From positions 186,001 through 250,000 of the forward strand of contig LSRY02000024.1 of the NCBI GenBank assembly GCA_001643675.2: a stretch of 64,000 bases of DNA, given 5' to 3'. This document shows, piece after piece, positions 39,126-51,526 of this stretch (within the stretch, counting starts at the first letter, position 1; the number at the start of each line of letters is the position of its first letter). Below the pieces are notes generated by a model that was not told where the DNA came from, did not search any database, and saw only the letters and a list, made by a program, of their open reading frames with translations. Origin of the DNA: Monocercomonoides exilis PA203. Its lineage: Eukaryota > Protista > Preaxostyla. The translations under genes and the position numbers were made by a program.

Positions 39126-40148
39126 TCTTCAACTCTCCTTATTCTCTGCATTAAATTAAAATTTGTTCCCTCGCCGTCTCTGTTTGATAGTCTAACAGGT
39201 TCTTATTCCATTTCACTTGCGGACAATGATGTTCTGGAAAAAGTGAGTATTATCGAAGTTTGATCTAAAACCACCCACACTTTAAATTAACACTCATTAT
39301 CGAGGAGCAAACCTGATCCTTGCGTTTGTTGGTTCGCTTTATTGCGAATCTTCCTGTTCTTTTCTCTTGATTCCTTTCTACTCTTTTTCTTGCATTTGGA
39401 AACTTGATTCATTCATTTCATCTCAAAATGAAACACTTCAAAATCCATTCTTCCAAATCCGCTTTTTTATTAAGCCCAACATAAATGCAATGAATTCAAA
39501 AAAACATAATACCTTTCATTTTGGCTTGCTGAGAATGAATTGAAAAGACAAAGCAAATGAATTCACAGCTTTGATGCAAACAGTTGATGTGTTAAATGGA
39601 AAAGACTTCTTTTGCCTTATCTCCTTCATTTTCAAACTTTTCCGTTTTCACAATCATTCAGAATGCAGAAAAAGAAGAAGAAGAAGAAACAGAAAAAACT
39701 GTGATGTTCATATTATTTGGTGAACAAGCTTCAGTGAAAATAAGAATAAGAAATATTTTATAATCCTTTTGAAAAAAAAGTTGAAAAATCTCTTTTCTTT
39801 CTCTCCTTCTTCTACCTCTCCTTCTCCTTCTTCATCGTTCTTTCCTGTTTGAGAAAATCAAGTTGATGATATAGTTCGATAGAAAGCTTAGCTACGGATT
39901 GATATTCCGTGAATTATAAACAGAGGAACAAGAAAAATTCAATTTTTATTATGAAATGAAGCAGATGTGGAGCTGATGGGCTTTGCATGGGGAAAGGATT
40001 ATAATTTGGAAGGCAAAAAAATTAGTTCTTTAAAGATGATTCGTTTCAAAATATTAAATGTTTGTTTTTTCACAAATTTTTTATTTCTATTTATTGTTGT
40101 TTAATTTTTTTCACGAAATTTGTATTTTTGCAAGTACGATCGTAATAA

Positions 40149-41203
40149 ATCTTTCAAAAACCCTGGAATTTTTCAAAAACCCGGACTATCTCATAAAATT
40201 CATATTTTTCAACAACTTTAAAAAATAAAATTATGATAATTCACATAATTATTTATCGGCATATAACACATCCAATCAGATACAAATTTTTATTTGTTGT
40301 GCTGTATTTATGAAGAAATAAATAATTTTTTTTGAAAATCTGATTTTTAATGAATTTTTTTATTTCAACAAAACGATTCAGTTCATCTTTTACACATATA
40401 ACTTAATTTTTCTTTGTTGAAAACTGTTCTGGTTATTTTTCATTTCCGGCAATTTGCTCCTTCTAACGAAAAAAAGAATTATCATTTTTGAAATATCATT
40501 ATCAATGGGATAACTTAAAAAATATTTTTTGCAAAACACAAAAACATCCAAATGATTTTAACACCTGCATCAATAAAAATGATAGTTATATAAAATTTCT
40601 CGGTTGTTGAAAATTTTTATGATTCAGTGAGTATTTCATAAAATACAATTAGGAAGAAAATTCAACGAAAATGATCAAAAAAAATCATCAATTTTCAAAA
40701 TAATCTCCATTTAAGAAATACCTGCTGGATCATTTCAAATTTCATCAATTAAGAAATTTTATATAACTGTTATATTTGTTAACGAATGTGTAAAATTCAC
40801 ATGGATGTTTTTGTGTTTTGCAAAAAATATTTTTTAAGTTATCCCATTGATAATGATATTTCAAAAATGATAATTCTTTTTTTCGTTAGAAGGAGCAAAT
40901 TGCCGGAAATGAAAAATAACCAGAACAGTTTTCAACAAAGAAAAATTAAGTTATATGTGTAAAAGATGAACTGAATCGTTTTGTTGAAATAGAAAAATTC
41001 ATTAAAAATCAGATTTTCAAAAAAAATTATTTATTTCTTCATAAATACAGCACAACAAATAAAAATTTGTATCTGATTGGATGTGTTATATGCCGATAAA
41101 TAATTATGTGAATTATCATAATTTTATTTTTTAAAGTTGTTGAAAAATATGAATTTTATGAGATAGTCCGGGTTTTTGAAAAATTCCAGGGTTTTGGAAA
41201 GAT
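40149..41203. repeat. Long palindrome / foldback element 1
   Basis: 402-bp nearly identical inverted arms 40149-40550 and 40802-41203, with a degenerately palindromic spacer. Confidence 0.92.
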
Positions 41204-41335
41204 GGCAAATTGAGCTTATTGTTTCTGAGCTACTTTACGTACATCGAGTCAACGAGTTTGGTCCATTTCCCGTTTGACTTTTTTCTCTTTTGAGCAGCTT
41301 CTTTTTGATCAAAGCGAAAACATTCAGTGTTATAT

Positions 41336-42348
41336 GGTTAACTTTTTGATGAGACTATTTCCTTAATTGGCACTTTTTTTGTTTTCGAAAACATAATGCT
41401 GAGAAGTGTGAAATAACTTTCAGCACATTAAAAATCCTTTTTAACGAGATTTATTCTGTTTATTTACTGTTTTCTTTTTTTCTTTTTGTTTTTTTCACAT
41501 CGAGAAATTAAGTTTTTTTGCAAAATTTAATAAGACTTTTACCAGCCAACCAGGCAATTCACAAGAAATTGATGAGTTGTTTTGAATAGCATATACTATA
41601 ATCTAACTAATTTTAAATTCTTTTTTTTCACAAACACTTTTTTCTTGTTTTTCTTCTCATTTCATTTTTTTAACAACATGCAAACATAAAACCGATTATT
41701 TCTTTGTATTTATGATGAAATGATAATAATAAAAATTTGATATGAAAAACAAATAGTCTAATAATAAAGTATTGGAAAAAAGAAACATTTAATATTTCTA
41801 TTTGTCAAGAACTTAACTTTTTTACAAAAACTTGATCATCGATGATTTTAAGAAAGCGCCATATGTCCGTTTCAGATAAATAGAAAAAATTAATGTTATA
41901 TTTTTCAACATCTCATAATTAAAGTATCTGTTTTGCACATCTTATTTTTCATTATTTTTATCATTTCATCATAAATACAAAGAAATAATCGGTTTTATGT
42001 TTGCATGTTGTTAAAAAAATGAAATGAGAAGAAAAACAAGAAAAAAGTGTTTGTGAAAAAAAAGAATTTAAAATTAGTTAGATTATAGTATATGCTATTC
42101 AAAACAACTCATCAATTTCTTGTGAATTGCCTGGTTGGCTGGTAAAAGTCTTATTAAATTTTGCAAAAAAACTTAATTTCTCGATGTGAAAAAAACAAAA
42201 AGAAAAAAAGAAAACAGTAAATAAACAGAATAAATCTCGTTAAAAAGGATTTTTAATGTGCTGAAAGTTATTTCACACTTCTCAGCATTATGTTTTCGAA
42301 AACAAAAAAAGTGCCAATTAAGGAAATAGTCTCATCAAAAAGTTAACC
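41336..42348. repeat. Long palindrome / foldback element 2
   Basis: 391-bp inverted arms 41336-41726 and 41958-42348 with no mismatch noticed; degenerately palindromic spacer. Confidence 0.92.
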
Positions 42349-43942
42349 CTTCATAATAAATTGTATAAACAAATGAAACGAACTTCAACAACGAGAACAC
42401 AGCTGTCGAATGGAAAAAGATCAAGGTCAAATGCTTTTATTTTCAAATTTTCCTGTGCACAGAAATAAAACAATCAAGTTCAGATCCAACAAAAAAAATG
42501 AATATTCATAAGTTTGGTGAAATCGAAACATCAAAAGAAAAATTCAAATTTCATCTAATTTTGTCTTGTATCTTGGGTGTTCGAATACAAATTCTTTCGG
42601 TTGAAATGAAATTTGTGGAAGAATAAGGAAGACAACTTTCCTTCAAAACATACGTAAGAACAACATTTGAAAAGTTGTTTTTCTTCACATGATAAAGAGT
42701 ATGAGATTTAAGTGGAAAGTAGTTTAAAACGAATCAAAAATTCAGTTGCAACAGGATTGAATGGGAGACAACAATTTGTGATGTTGTGCCACGAGGGGAA
42801 TCCTTTTTGCAGGTGAGTATTTAAATTGGTACCAGTTTTATTATTGGCACAAAAATTATTTTCGTCATCTTCATTTCATTGAAGCTCACAAATCTGTTTC
42901 ATTCCATAAGTTCAATATACAGATAAAAATAAGATGAAGAGGAAAAATTTTTAGCGAAACTTCTTCTGCAGCATTCTTGTTTTATCAAATTCTTTTTTTT
43001 TTCTGCTTCATCAAAGCATTTGAACAGTGTTATTGAAGCGATCCACGACTGCAACACTTTGTCGTTTGGAGACGCTGTCAGCATTTGCAATTTCGAAAAG
43101 ATTCCTTCGTTTTGATAATTCTGCACAAAGAGAAAGTTTGCTGATTATCCTCATTCCCTTTCTTCTATTTAACATCGGCTCTCTAAACGAACAGAAAATT
43201 ATAATGCCAGATTGAAAATTCAACCCAATAAATCAAGTTGTCACAACATATAAATTTTAAAGTTTTATTTCTCTCGTATCTCAGATCTCGAATGTGTGTG
43301 ATGCAGAGACTGTGAAGAATGAAGAAGAAGGAGATGTTCATGAACTAATTGTATATTAGGCAAAAAGTTTTGTTTTATTTCTGAAATCGTCCTCAACATT
43401 ATCATCTTGTTTCTCGATTCATTGGCTGCTATGTCTTTGACCTGCTGAGAATTTGATATCCAAAAATCTTTTCTGCGCGTATTTATTGATATTCACTTTA
43501 CTGTGCTTTCATTGGAGGCTGTGTTTTAACATTGAGTCTCATTCACTCAGCGAATGGATATGATGAATCCAGTTTGAATGCTCATCGACAAATTGTTTTC
43601 TGTTTGAATATAAACGATTTGAGGAAAACAACGACTTTGAAAGAGGAATGAAGAAAATGATAATCATAACTCAAAAAAGGAGATAACGTTGGAGAATAAA
43701 AAAGAGGATTTCAAATAAAAAAAGAAAAGGCATATATTAACGATATGGATTGTGAATTATTAATTTGTCTTCCATTTGAAAATTCAATTCAGCTCTTCTT
43801 CGCTATGTTTGTGTTCTTCCATTTTTTCATTTTTTCTTTCAAAATATTTTATTCTGTTCATCTCGTGGACATTACAGCTTTGTTTGAGTGTTGCTTGAAC
43901 GATGAAGTTTTCATCATTCTTAAGCAATTATTTTATTCAAAT

Positions 43943-44200
43943 GGGCGATTATTTTTGAAATCATATCTTTTTTCGGGGTGTTGATTTTTCTAAGATTGTT
44001 TGTTTTTTGAAAAAAAATTTTTATTCAAAAGAGAAAAAGCTTGAAAATTGTATGAAAAAACAAATTGTTTTTCCGTATCAAATATAAAAATGCATTCAAC
44101 TAGCCTTTTCACTTTTCAATGTTCATTTGATAATACTCTAGATCATTTTAAAAAACCGAAAATTTTGTCAGAAAAAATATGATATCAAAAATAATCACCC
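43943..44200. mobile_element. MITE family 2, copy b (258 bp)
   Basis: TIRs GGGCGATTATTTTTGAAATCATAT / ATATGATATCAAAAATAATCACCC; AAAT direct repeat on both sides. Confidence 0.88.
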
Positions 44201-44374
44201 AAATTATCATAAAATAATAACTTATCTTCATTTGCAAGATTGACGATTCCACATGAAATCCACACATTATCGTAACCTTTGAAAATAGATATCAATTATC
44301 TTCATCACACATTTCATGTATCTTTTTCAGTTATCACCATTGATATCCAGTTTTCAAACAAAAATTTGAGACAT

Positions 44375-44642
44375 GTGTCAAAATATTTTATTTCAAGAAT
44401 TTTCATATGAAAAATATTCACTTTTCATCGACTTTTTTAAAATCAAAAAACACAATAAAAATCTGTCCATTAAAAGACATTTGTGAAATGTTACAAAACA
44501 TTTTATTATTATGTCAATGATGTTTGATTACAGTAATGAAAATCAAATTTATTTTGAATTCTGAGAAAGCGAAATAAAGTTATGAGCGAAGTGATTTTTC
44601 AATGCATTGTGCAAAAAAGCTTATTAGTTCGTATTTTTCCCC
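44375..44642. mobile_element. MITE family 1, copy c (inverted, more decayed)
   Basis: Reverse-complement similarity to 33053-33317 (TGCATTGTGCAAAAAAGCTT...CGTATTTTTCCCC); same length; TSD not preserved. Confidence 0.7.
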
Positions 44643-45189
44643 AATTGTATAAAATTTGATAAACATTTCATAAAAGTGAACATAGCCAATCAACGTTTGC
44701 TGAAAGCTGTTACTGAAAAACAAAAAATAAGTGTTTCTCAAAACATAGTTTTAATGAAAAGTTGACTAAGTTGAAATTAAATTATATTTTACATTTTTTC
44801 TTTTCTTTTTCTTTTTTGCAACAGATAAATAATTTTTGAACTTCTCCGTTATATAGGTGAGTGGCCGAACCTTTTTAAAAACATAATCGTTTCATTCGAG
44901 TTTTGATCAAATATTTTTTCAATAAGATTTTGTAAAAAATGAACGAAAACTGTTGATTCATGTTGTTTGTGATGTGGTTGAAAGGATAAATATTTTTTCG
45001 AATATCCTATCGAGATTTAATTTTTAATCAAAACTGGAACGAAAGAATTTTTTTTAAAAAAAACTCAGCCATACAGAAAACACTTCAATCTTTCAGAGAA
45101 AAATTTTCGATTTTTTTGTTGATAAAAAATATTTAAAATGTTCACGATCTTTTTTTGAATTCTTTTGACAATCAATTCATGGTGAGAAG

Positions 45190-45498
45190 AAAAACCTGCA
45201 CATATGACATTTTCTTTAGAATTAATCAACCAATTTCATATATGAAGAAGGTTTTGACATTTGAACTCCGCGGTTAATTTCCTTTTGTCCAATATATGGT
45301 ATTTCAATAAATAAATCAAAAACCAAAATTTTAGACCTTTTTGATCTTTTGATCAAATATTTCTGTATTTGATTTATTTATTGAAATACCATATATTGGA
45401 CAAAAGGAAATTAACCGCGGAGTTTAAAAGTCAAAACCTTCTTCATATATGAAATTGGTTGATTAATTCTAAAGAAAATGTCATATGTGCAGGTTTTT
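45190..45498. repeat. Palindrome 3 (hairpin/MITE-like)
   Basis: 131-bp arms 45190-45320 and 45368-45498, about 2 mismatches, 47-bp spacer. Confidence 0.9.
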
Positions 45499-46433
45499 TC
45501 CCTTGTGTGGGTTTTTTCCCTCATTATCAGCAATAGTGTGATAATCAATTTTTTAATGATATTTTTTGATTTCGAAAAGATTCAAAATTGTTTCGTGAAA
45601 CAAAATTTTGAAGTGAAAAAAATATTTATAATTTAGTGCACAATACTCTCATTAATGAAAAAAAACAAATGCATATGGTGCATATTTTATCTTGAACTCA
45701 AAATTTTATCTCAACCCTGTTATTTTGAAACTTATTTAAGCTTTTTTTGATTTGTGAAAAGGCTAAAAACAAAAACATTATAAACAGACTTTCTGATATT
45801 TTTGTTTTTAAGAATTCTGTTAAAAAATTTTTTGTGGTTTTAATGTTCAAAAAAATATTCAAAATTTTTATTATTTTAGGACCCAGATCAAAGACTTGCT
45901 GGCTGTGAAGCCAATATTTTATACCGATCGTTTTAAGCCACAGCATCATCATTCCACATTCCTATATTATTATTTTTTCTTGTTTTTAACTTTTTCAATT
46001 AAATTCTCGACCTTTTTTCTCATATCATTGTTTTTGCTAAAAACACGATTTTCGGAACAAATATGAATTAGTGCAAATTTTTAGCACATAAAAAATAAAA
46101 ACAAGGTGTTATTTATTGTAAACTTTTGTTTAATTTTGAAATGAAAAAGAATTGAACAAGAATTTGAAGCGAAATGGCAGAACATATAAAAATTTTGATC
46201 TGAAAATTGTTCGTCATATACAAATATTTTGTTGTTTTTTTTTTGAGATATCATTTCATTTCAAATTTCTTTTTAATTCATTTCAGTTAATTTTTAAACA
46301 AATGAATACATATCTCTGAAATTGTGTTTTTTGAAAAAATGTGTGAAATGAGAATAAATGTTAAAAAAACAAGTTGAGAAAGTTTGAAACAACCAAAACT
46401 TTTAATAAAAAAATAATGTTTTATGATTTGAAA

Positions 46434-46478
46434 TAGACCTGTGCGACACGACATGCAATTTTTTATTGCTGTCGGTCA

Positions 46479-46536
<58 letters not shown>

Positions 46537-49500
46537 AAAAAATTATGTCAAATTTTTTGATATAGAAACTGCAAAATCGAATAAATTGATGGTTTTAAGT
46601 TTGTTTTCAAATTTAAAAATATATTTCTATTATAAGATCATTGGATCCATTATAACATAAATTTATTCATAAAATACAGTTTTCTAATAATATGCGTTAC
46701 ATGTCATGTTTATTCATACATGAATAGTGTCAACATTGTTGTTGTCATGAACAATTTAAGTTTCGATTAAACTTCAATTCAATAAATCTAAGCATGTGCG
46801 ATTTCAATTTTTATGATAAAGTAATGTTGTTTCCTGAATGAAAAATATTTCAGAAAAATTGAGGATACATGCCAATTGAAAATTCAATGGTATGCATTCG
46901 TTGTCACATTCAAATTCTTAATTATATCCTTTCTCACTTTGTTTTTTATTCGGAATTGTTTTTTGAGCTTGAAAGCTGCGCTGAAAACGAAAGGAAACAG
47001 AAAATAGATTAAATGAACATAAGATAGAAAGAAGTGAATAAGGATGAATGCAATTCAATTTTCTCAAAAGAACCATTGACTAAATTGACGAAATGATTAA
47101 ATGAAAGAAATCTCCACTGGAAAATGTCATTTTTACAATTACAGCATATTGGATATTTCAATGTGATGGAAAGTTATTGGAATGAAGGCCTTTGCTCATA
47201 TTCATTGTTTGGTAGATATATGAAAATGATTGATGACGCAGAAAAAAGAGGAGAAGAACGAAAATCTTCTTTCTAATATTTGCGTGTGAAATCTTTTGCT
47301 TTGCAACCCGATATTTTCTTAGTTGCTTTCAATTTGAATACCTTGTCTTCTGAATGTTGCTCTGAAGAAGGAGGGAAAAGAGAAAGTTCAAAATGATGCT
47401 TAAACTGCTTTGTTGTTATTGAATTGGTGTGATGAATTTTTTGTATGAACACTTCCATTTCATGTTTGATCCTTTGGAATTTCTTTCTAATTTTCTTTTT
47501 AGGAGCGTGGAGTGAGTTTTTCATGAATCATTTAAAAGAGATTATCCAATAAATCAAAAAAACAACAATCTTATATGACTCACACATCAGACAGAATGGC
47601 AGTTTTTGATGAAAATTTGGAAGATGTCATTGCAAATGAACTGCATTTCGGAAGAGAAGCAATAAGAGAACTGGAAGAGTTGGAAAGGTGTATTGACTGT
47701 GAAAGAAAAAAGATGAAAGAGGAAATGAAATGAAAGAAAAGCTTGTTTTGATGAGATGGCTCTTGGTAATGGAGTTATATTTTTTCTTAGGCAAACTGTG
47801 AAATGAAAACATTCAAAGTTAATCAATTGCTCTTTTTTGTATTTCGAGCTTCGAAGGACAATCACAAAGAAATAGGGGAGAAATGTTTATATTTATTTAG
47901 AAATAGCAGCAGGAAATAGAACTTTGAAAACAGATGGCTTATTAACAGAGGGAGCTATTAATGTTGTTTTGGAAGAGATGCAGCGACAAACAGTGGTAGA
48001 TAGAATGTTATTTGATTGCTTGCAATTCTTCACGAATGTTTTGAAGAAATTGAACGAAAAGGCGGATAATAAAATGGAAGAAGAAAAATACGACAATTTA
48101 ATCATTAGCTAACAAAGGATACTTTATTTTTAAAGCGGAAAATATTACGATAATTCATCATGAGATATTAATGAATATTTTGTGAATATTTCACTTTATT
48201 TTAATCAAAAATATTTGTAACTTCAAAATTATATCCTTTTTATTCAATTCGCAAAATTGATAACAAGCACTTGAGAGTCTAAAAATATTATTTGACTTTT
48301 AATAATTTCACAAAAAAAAAAAAAAAATGAAGTGAAACCTAATTTCATTTGAAAAAAAAAGTGTTTGGAAGATTATTCCGTACTTCTCTTTTCTTCTTCA
48401 GAAAACTTCATGAAGAAATATATTGATTTAATCTTCCGGGAAAATATCACATTTCATTCTTCATCTTTCTTTCATCATCTCCAGCTGCCCTTTATTTTTC
48501 CGATAAAAAAATCTTTCTATTCCGCTGGTTTTTCTCTGATCTTTTCAATTGCAACTCTTTCCAAAAAAAACTCCCTCAATTTTGATTGAATCTTCGTATT
48601 AACACATAGCAATAGGATAAAAAGGATCGAGAAAGAAAAATTGCTTCGATGATGATCCATTAAAAGATGAAAATATCGAAGAGGAGGTGAACCATACAAC
48701 GTGAGTGTAGAATTTTGAACAGTGGAATGAATGTTCTGTAAAAAATAACAATTTGTCAGTGATCGTTAAAAATTAACTCAACATGCACCTGGAGAATAAA
48801 GAATTGTCATAATTTCATTGAATGTCCTGCACTTTAATGGTTGAAATTTTGCAATTGCTGTTCAGAATATATCACAAGCATGTCCAACTTTAAGCATTTG
48901 AGTAAATTGATTCAATACCTTTGTCTTTGTTCCTGCATATACTTTAATTTTCATTGCTTTTTCAAATGTTCCTCGAAAAGGCATTGATATTGCTTTTCAC
49001 TTCCATAAAAAATTATATGAAATTTCATCCTTTATTTTATAATAGATCCGGAATTGTAATTCAAAACCTTTGTAAGGTATGTTTTCAAAATAAAATTATT
49101 TATGTATTCATAAGGGAAAAAATCACATCACGTGAAGGAAATTGAAAAATGATTCAAACAAACAAAGAATAATGAAACAATGAAATTTACAAACATATCA
49201 ATCTTCAAACAATCGTTAATTGAAATTGTCCATCAATGTGCATTCTTCAGATCTTTTTTGGACACATGTTTGGTTCTTTCAACGAAAATAAAGGATTATC
49301 AAATATCAAATGAAAAGTTATGGTTATGAAAGATGGAAAAACGAAATCTCAAACATTTCATAAGCTCAACAACTTATTTTGTATTTCTGTTTCTTTTTCT
49401 AATCTGTTTATTTCATTGACAAAACGTGATTTCAGTGACAGAAGTGACTACCAGTGGCATTTAAAATTCCATATTTCACTGATCTTGTCAGTGAAAAATA

Positions 49501-49893
49501 TATTAAGGAAATTTTGTTTAATTGAATTTTCAAAAAAGAATTGCAAAAAAATTTTAATATCATTTTATAAAATATATTTATTCAAATTTGATAAAAAAAA
49601 AACACTTTGGATTTCTTTTTTCTTTTCTTTTCTCTTTTTCTTTCTTTCTTGTTTTTTTTCAGAAAAAATGCATCCTGCCATGTAACAACATAATTTTAAA
49701 ATTTTGTTGTTTAATGAAACATTCTGTCAATAATATAAAATAATTTTTTGATAATAATTAATATTTCTATTCGAAAATTATTAACAAAATAAAGACGAGA
49801 AAATAATATTTATGGTTGTGATCAGCAAATGATTGTCCTGTCGGTCACCTGTGTCAGTTACTGGCAAAATTTGCCACTTGTCGCACAGGTCTA
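46434..49893. mobile_element. Non-autonomous hAT-like Pack element B (3460 bp) carrying family copy 6, inverted relative to A
   Basis: Perfect 15-bp TIRs TAGACCTGTGCGACA / TGTCGCACAGGTCTA; 8-bp TSD ATTTGAAA at 46426-46433 and 49894-49901; both end types, the poly-A tract and the GTCAC cluster match element A. Confidence 0.92.
46838..48190 (+). pseudogene. Expanded helical-protein family, copy 6 (decayed, inside Pack element B)
   Basis: ELESCAENERKQKID*MN, ISTGKCHF/QHIGYFNV, IANELHFGREAIRELEELER, GAINVVLEEMQRQT, EYFVNI; both introns recognisable; many stops. Confidence 0.85.
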
Positions 49894-50335
49894 ATTTGAA
49901 AGCTCAGAACTTCTGATAATAAGTATTCGCTGGAAAAGCAGCAAGTCAATGATAAAAACATAAAATTATTATAATCCTCGATCTTTTTGTAAAAAATGAA
50001 ATATTGAAAAAAAAATACAGAATAAGGAAATAAAAACTTATAAAACATTTCTGGTTATTTTTTGTTTCAAACAGGCTTGTGCATAGCTGAGAGCAGGGAA
50101 AAAATGAAAAAGGTCTGGATAAAGAAAAAAGATCAAGATAAAATCATTGCCTTATACGAAACTTTTTTTTTTTGCCAACTTGTCAAAAATAAACTTTATC
50201 TCTCTTTTGAAAAGAAAATTCGAAAAAAATTTAACATGAAAAGAATGCAACAAAATTTATTTTTGGAATAATTTCATTGCATTGAAATTATTCATGAAAC
50301 AAGCTTAAATTATTTCTCATTGATCAAATTAGGAG

Positions 50336-51137
50336 ATGGTTTCCTTCACTTGTATGAATCTTTGAATTGATTTCATATGCTTTTCATTTAATAATTTTTC
50401 TTTTCTTGATTATTATTTTGGAAATTAGGCGATAAATGCAATGAAACATTGAAAAAGCAAAAAGTTTCTCAACATATTTCATTTGGGCCTTGCCGCGGTG
50501 CAAGTGTGACTTGCATTGACTGCATGAAAACATTTCAGGGGAGGACATTCGAAGGACACACGAGCTGTTTGTCTGAGGCTCAAAGATATCAAGGAAAACT
50601 TTACAGAGGAGAAAAGCCAACAAAATCTCAACAACAATTTAAATCTCCAGCAGTTCCACAGAAATCCACTTCATCATCTATATCAGCAACAGAGACATCT
50701 CAGTCATCCTTAGCTGTATCTTCCACATCTTCGCCTTCGCTTTCACCTTCGCCAGTACCTTCAACCACTCCTTCTCCATCATCTTCTTCAAACATAAACC
50801 AAAGCTCAATTTCTCTTTCTCATCAAAAATGCGAAAAAGGTAGCTGGAAGCCCCTTTTGTCTTCTATTCCATTTGATTGGAAGATGGAAGCTTCAACAAT
50901 TTTGAGTTCAAAGAGTCCAATGAAATCAAAAGAATTTGAAGAAGAGATCAAAAATTCTTTTTATAAAACAATGAGAGGATACACTGAAGAATTAGTGACA
51001 AAGATTTGCCATAAAAAGGTTTGATTTTTCCCCCTATTTTTTTTTTTTTTTGATTATTCATTCAATCTTTCTTTGTTAAGATTAAAAAGCTTGATTGCAT
51101 AAAAAAAGAAAAAAAGTTAGTTTCATTAAGTTCATGA
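50336..51137 (+). CDS. LYAR: LYAR-type C2HC zinc-finger nucleolar protein
   Basis: Exons 50336-50351, 50429-51018 and 51081-51137 give MVSFTCDKCNETLKKQKVSQH...C...VTCIDCMKTF...HTSCLSEAQRYQGKLY, the LYAR N-terminal signature. Confidence 0.9.
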
Positions 51138-51526
51138 GAAAATCATAAAAAGAAAATAACTTTATTGTTATTTTTTTCTCTCCTGAAAAGAAGAAAATGT
51201 TACCACAAATGAAAAGAACTTTCGTAACCTTTCACTTCACATCTCCTTTTCATTTCAATATATCAACGAAAAAACACGATCCAAAATCGAACAGAAAACA
51301 AAAACTTTAAAATATTGATAAAAATAGGAAAGGAGGGAAAAATCAATGAAACAAACTTGCATTTGAATGAGAAAACATAAAATGCTTTGAACAAACTTCG
51401 CCTCCACGATTTGAAATGAAACACTCATAAGGAAAAATAGATAACTTTATTTATTTTTTTAATTTAATTTAATTTAATTTTTTTTTATTTTTTCGTATTA
51501 AACAGAATTAAATTGGTATGTCAAAA

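Larger units (their letters stand above)
33345..39349 (-). mobile_element. DIRS1-like tyrosine-recombinase retrotransposon (about 6.0 kb), decayed
   Basis: Inverted termini sharing CAGGTTTGCTCC..GATAATGAGT.TTAATTTAAAGTGTGGG; internal complementary region at about 34000-34097; gag-like, RT, RNase H and YR remnants; no TSD. Confidence 0.93.

Noticed and set aside
42380-43600. Coding-like stretch with a GTGAGT donor at about 42812
   Set aside because: No continuous frame or recognisable motif; not enough to call a feature.
46481-48190. Family copies 4 and 6 as processed retrocopies because of the nearby poly-A
   Set aside because: The poly-A lies upstream of the gene and introns are retained.
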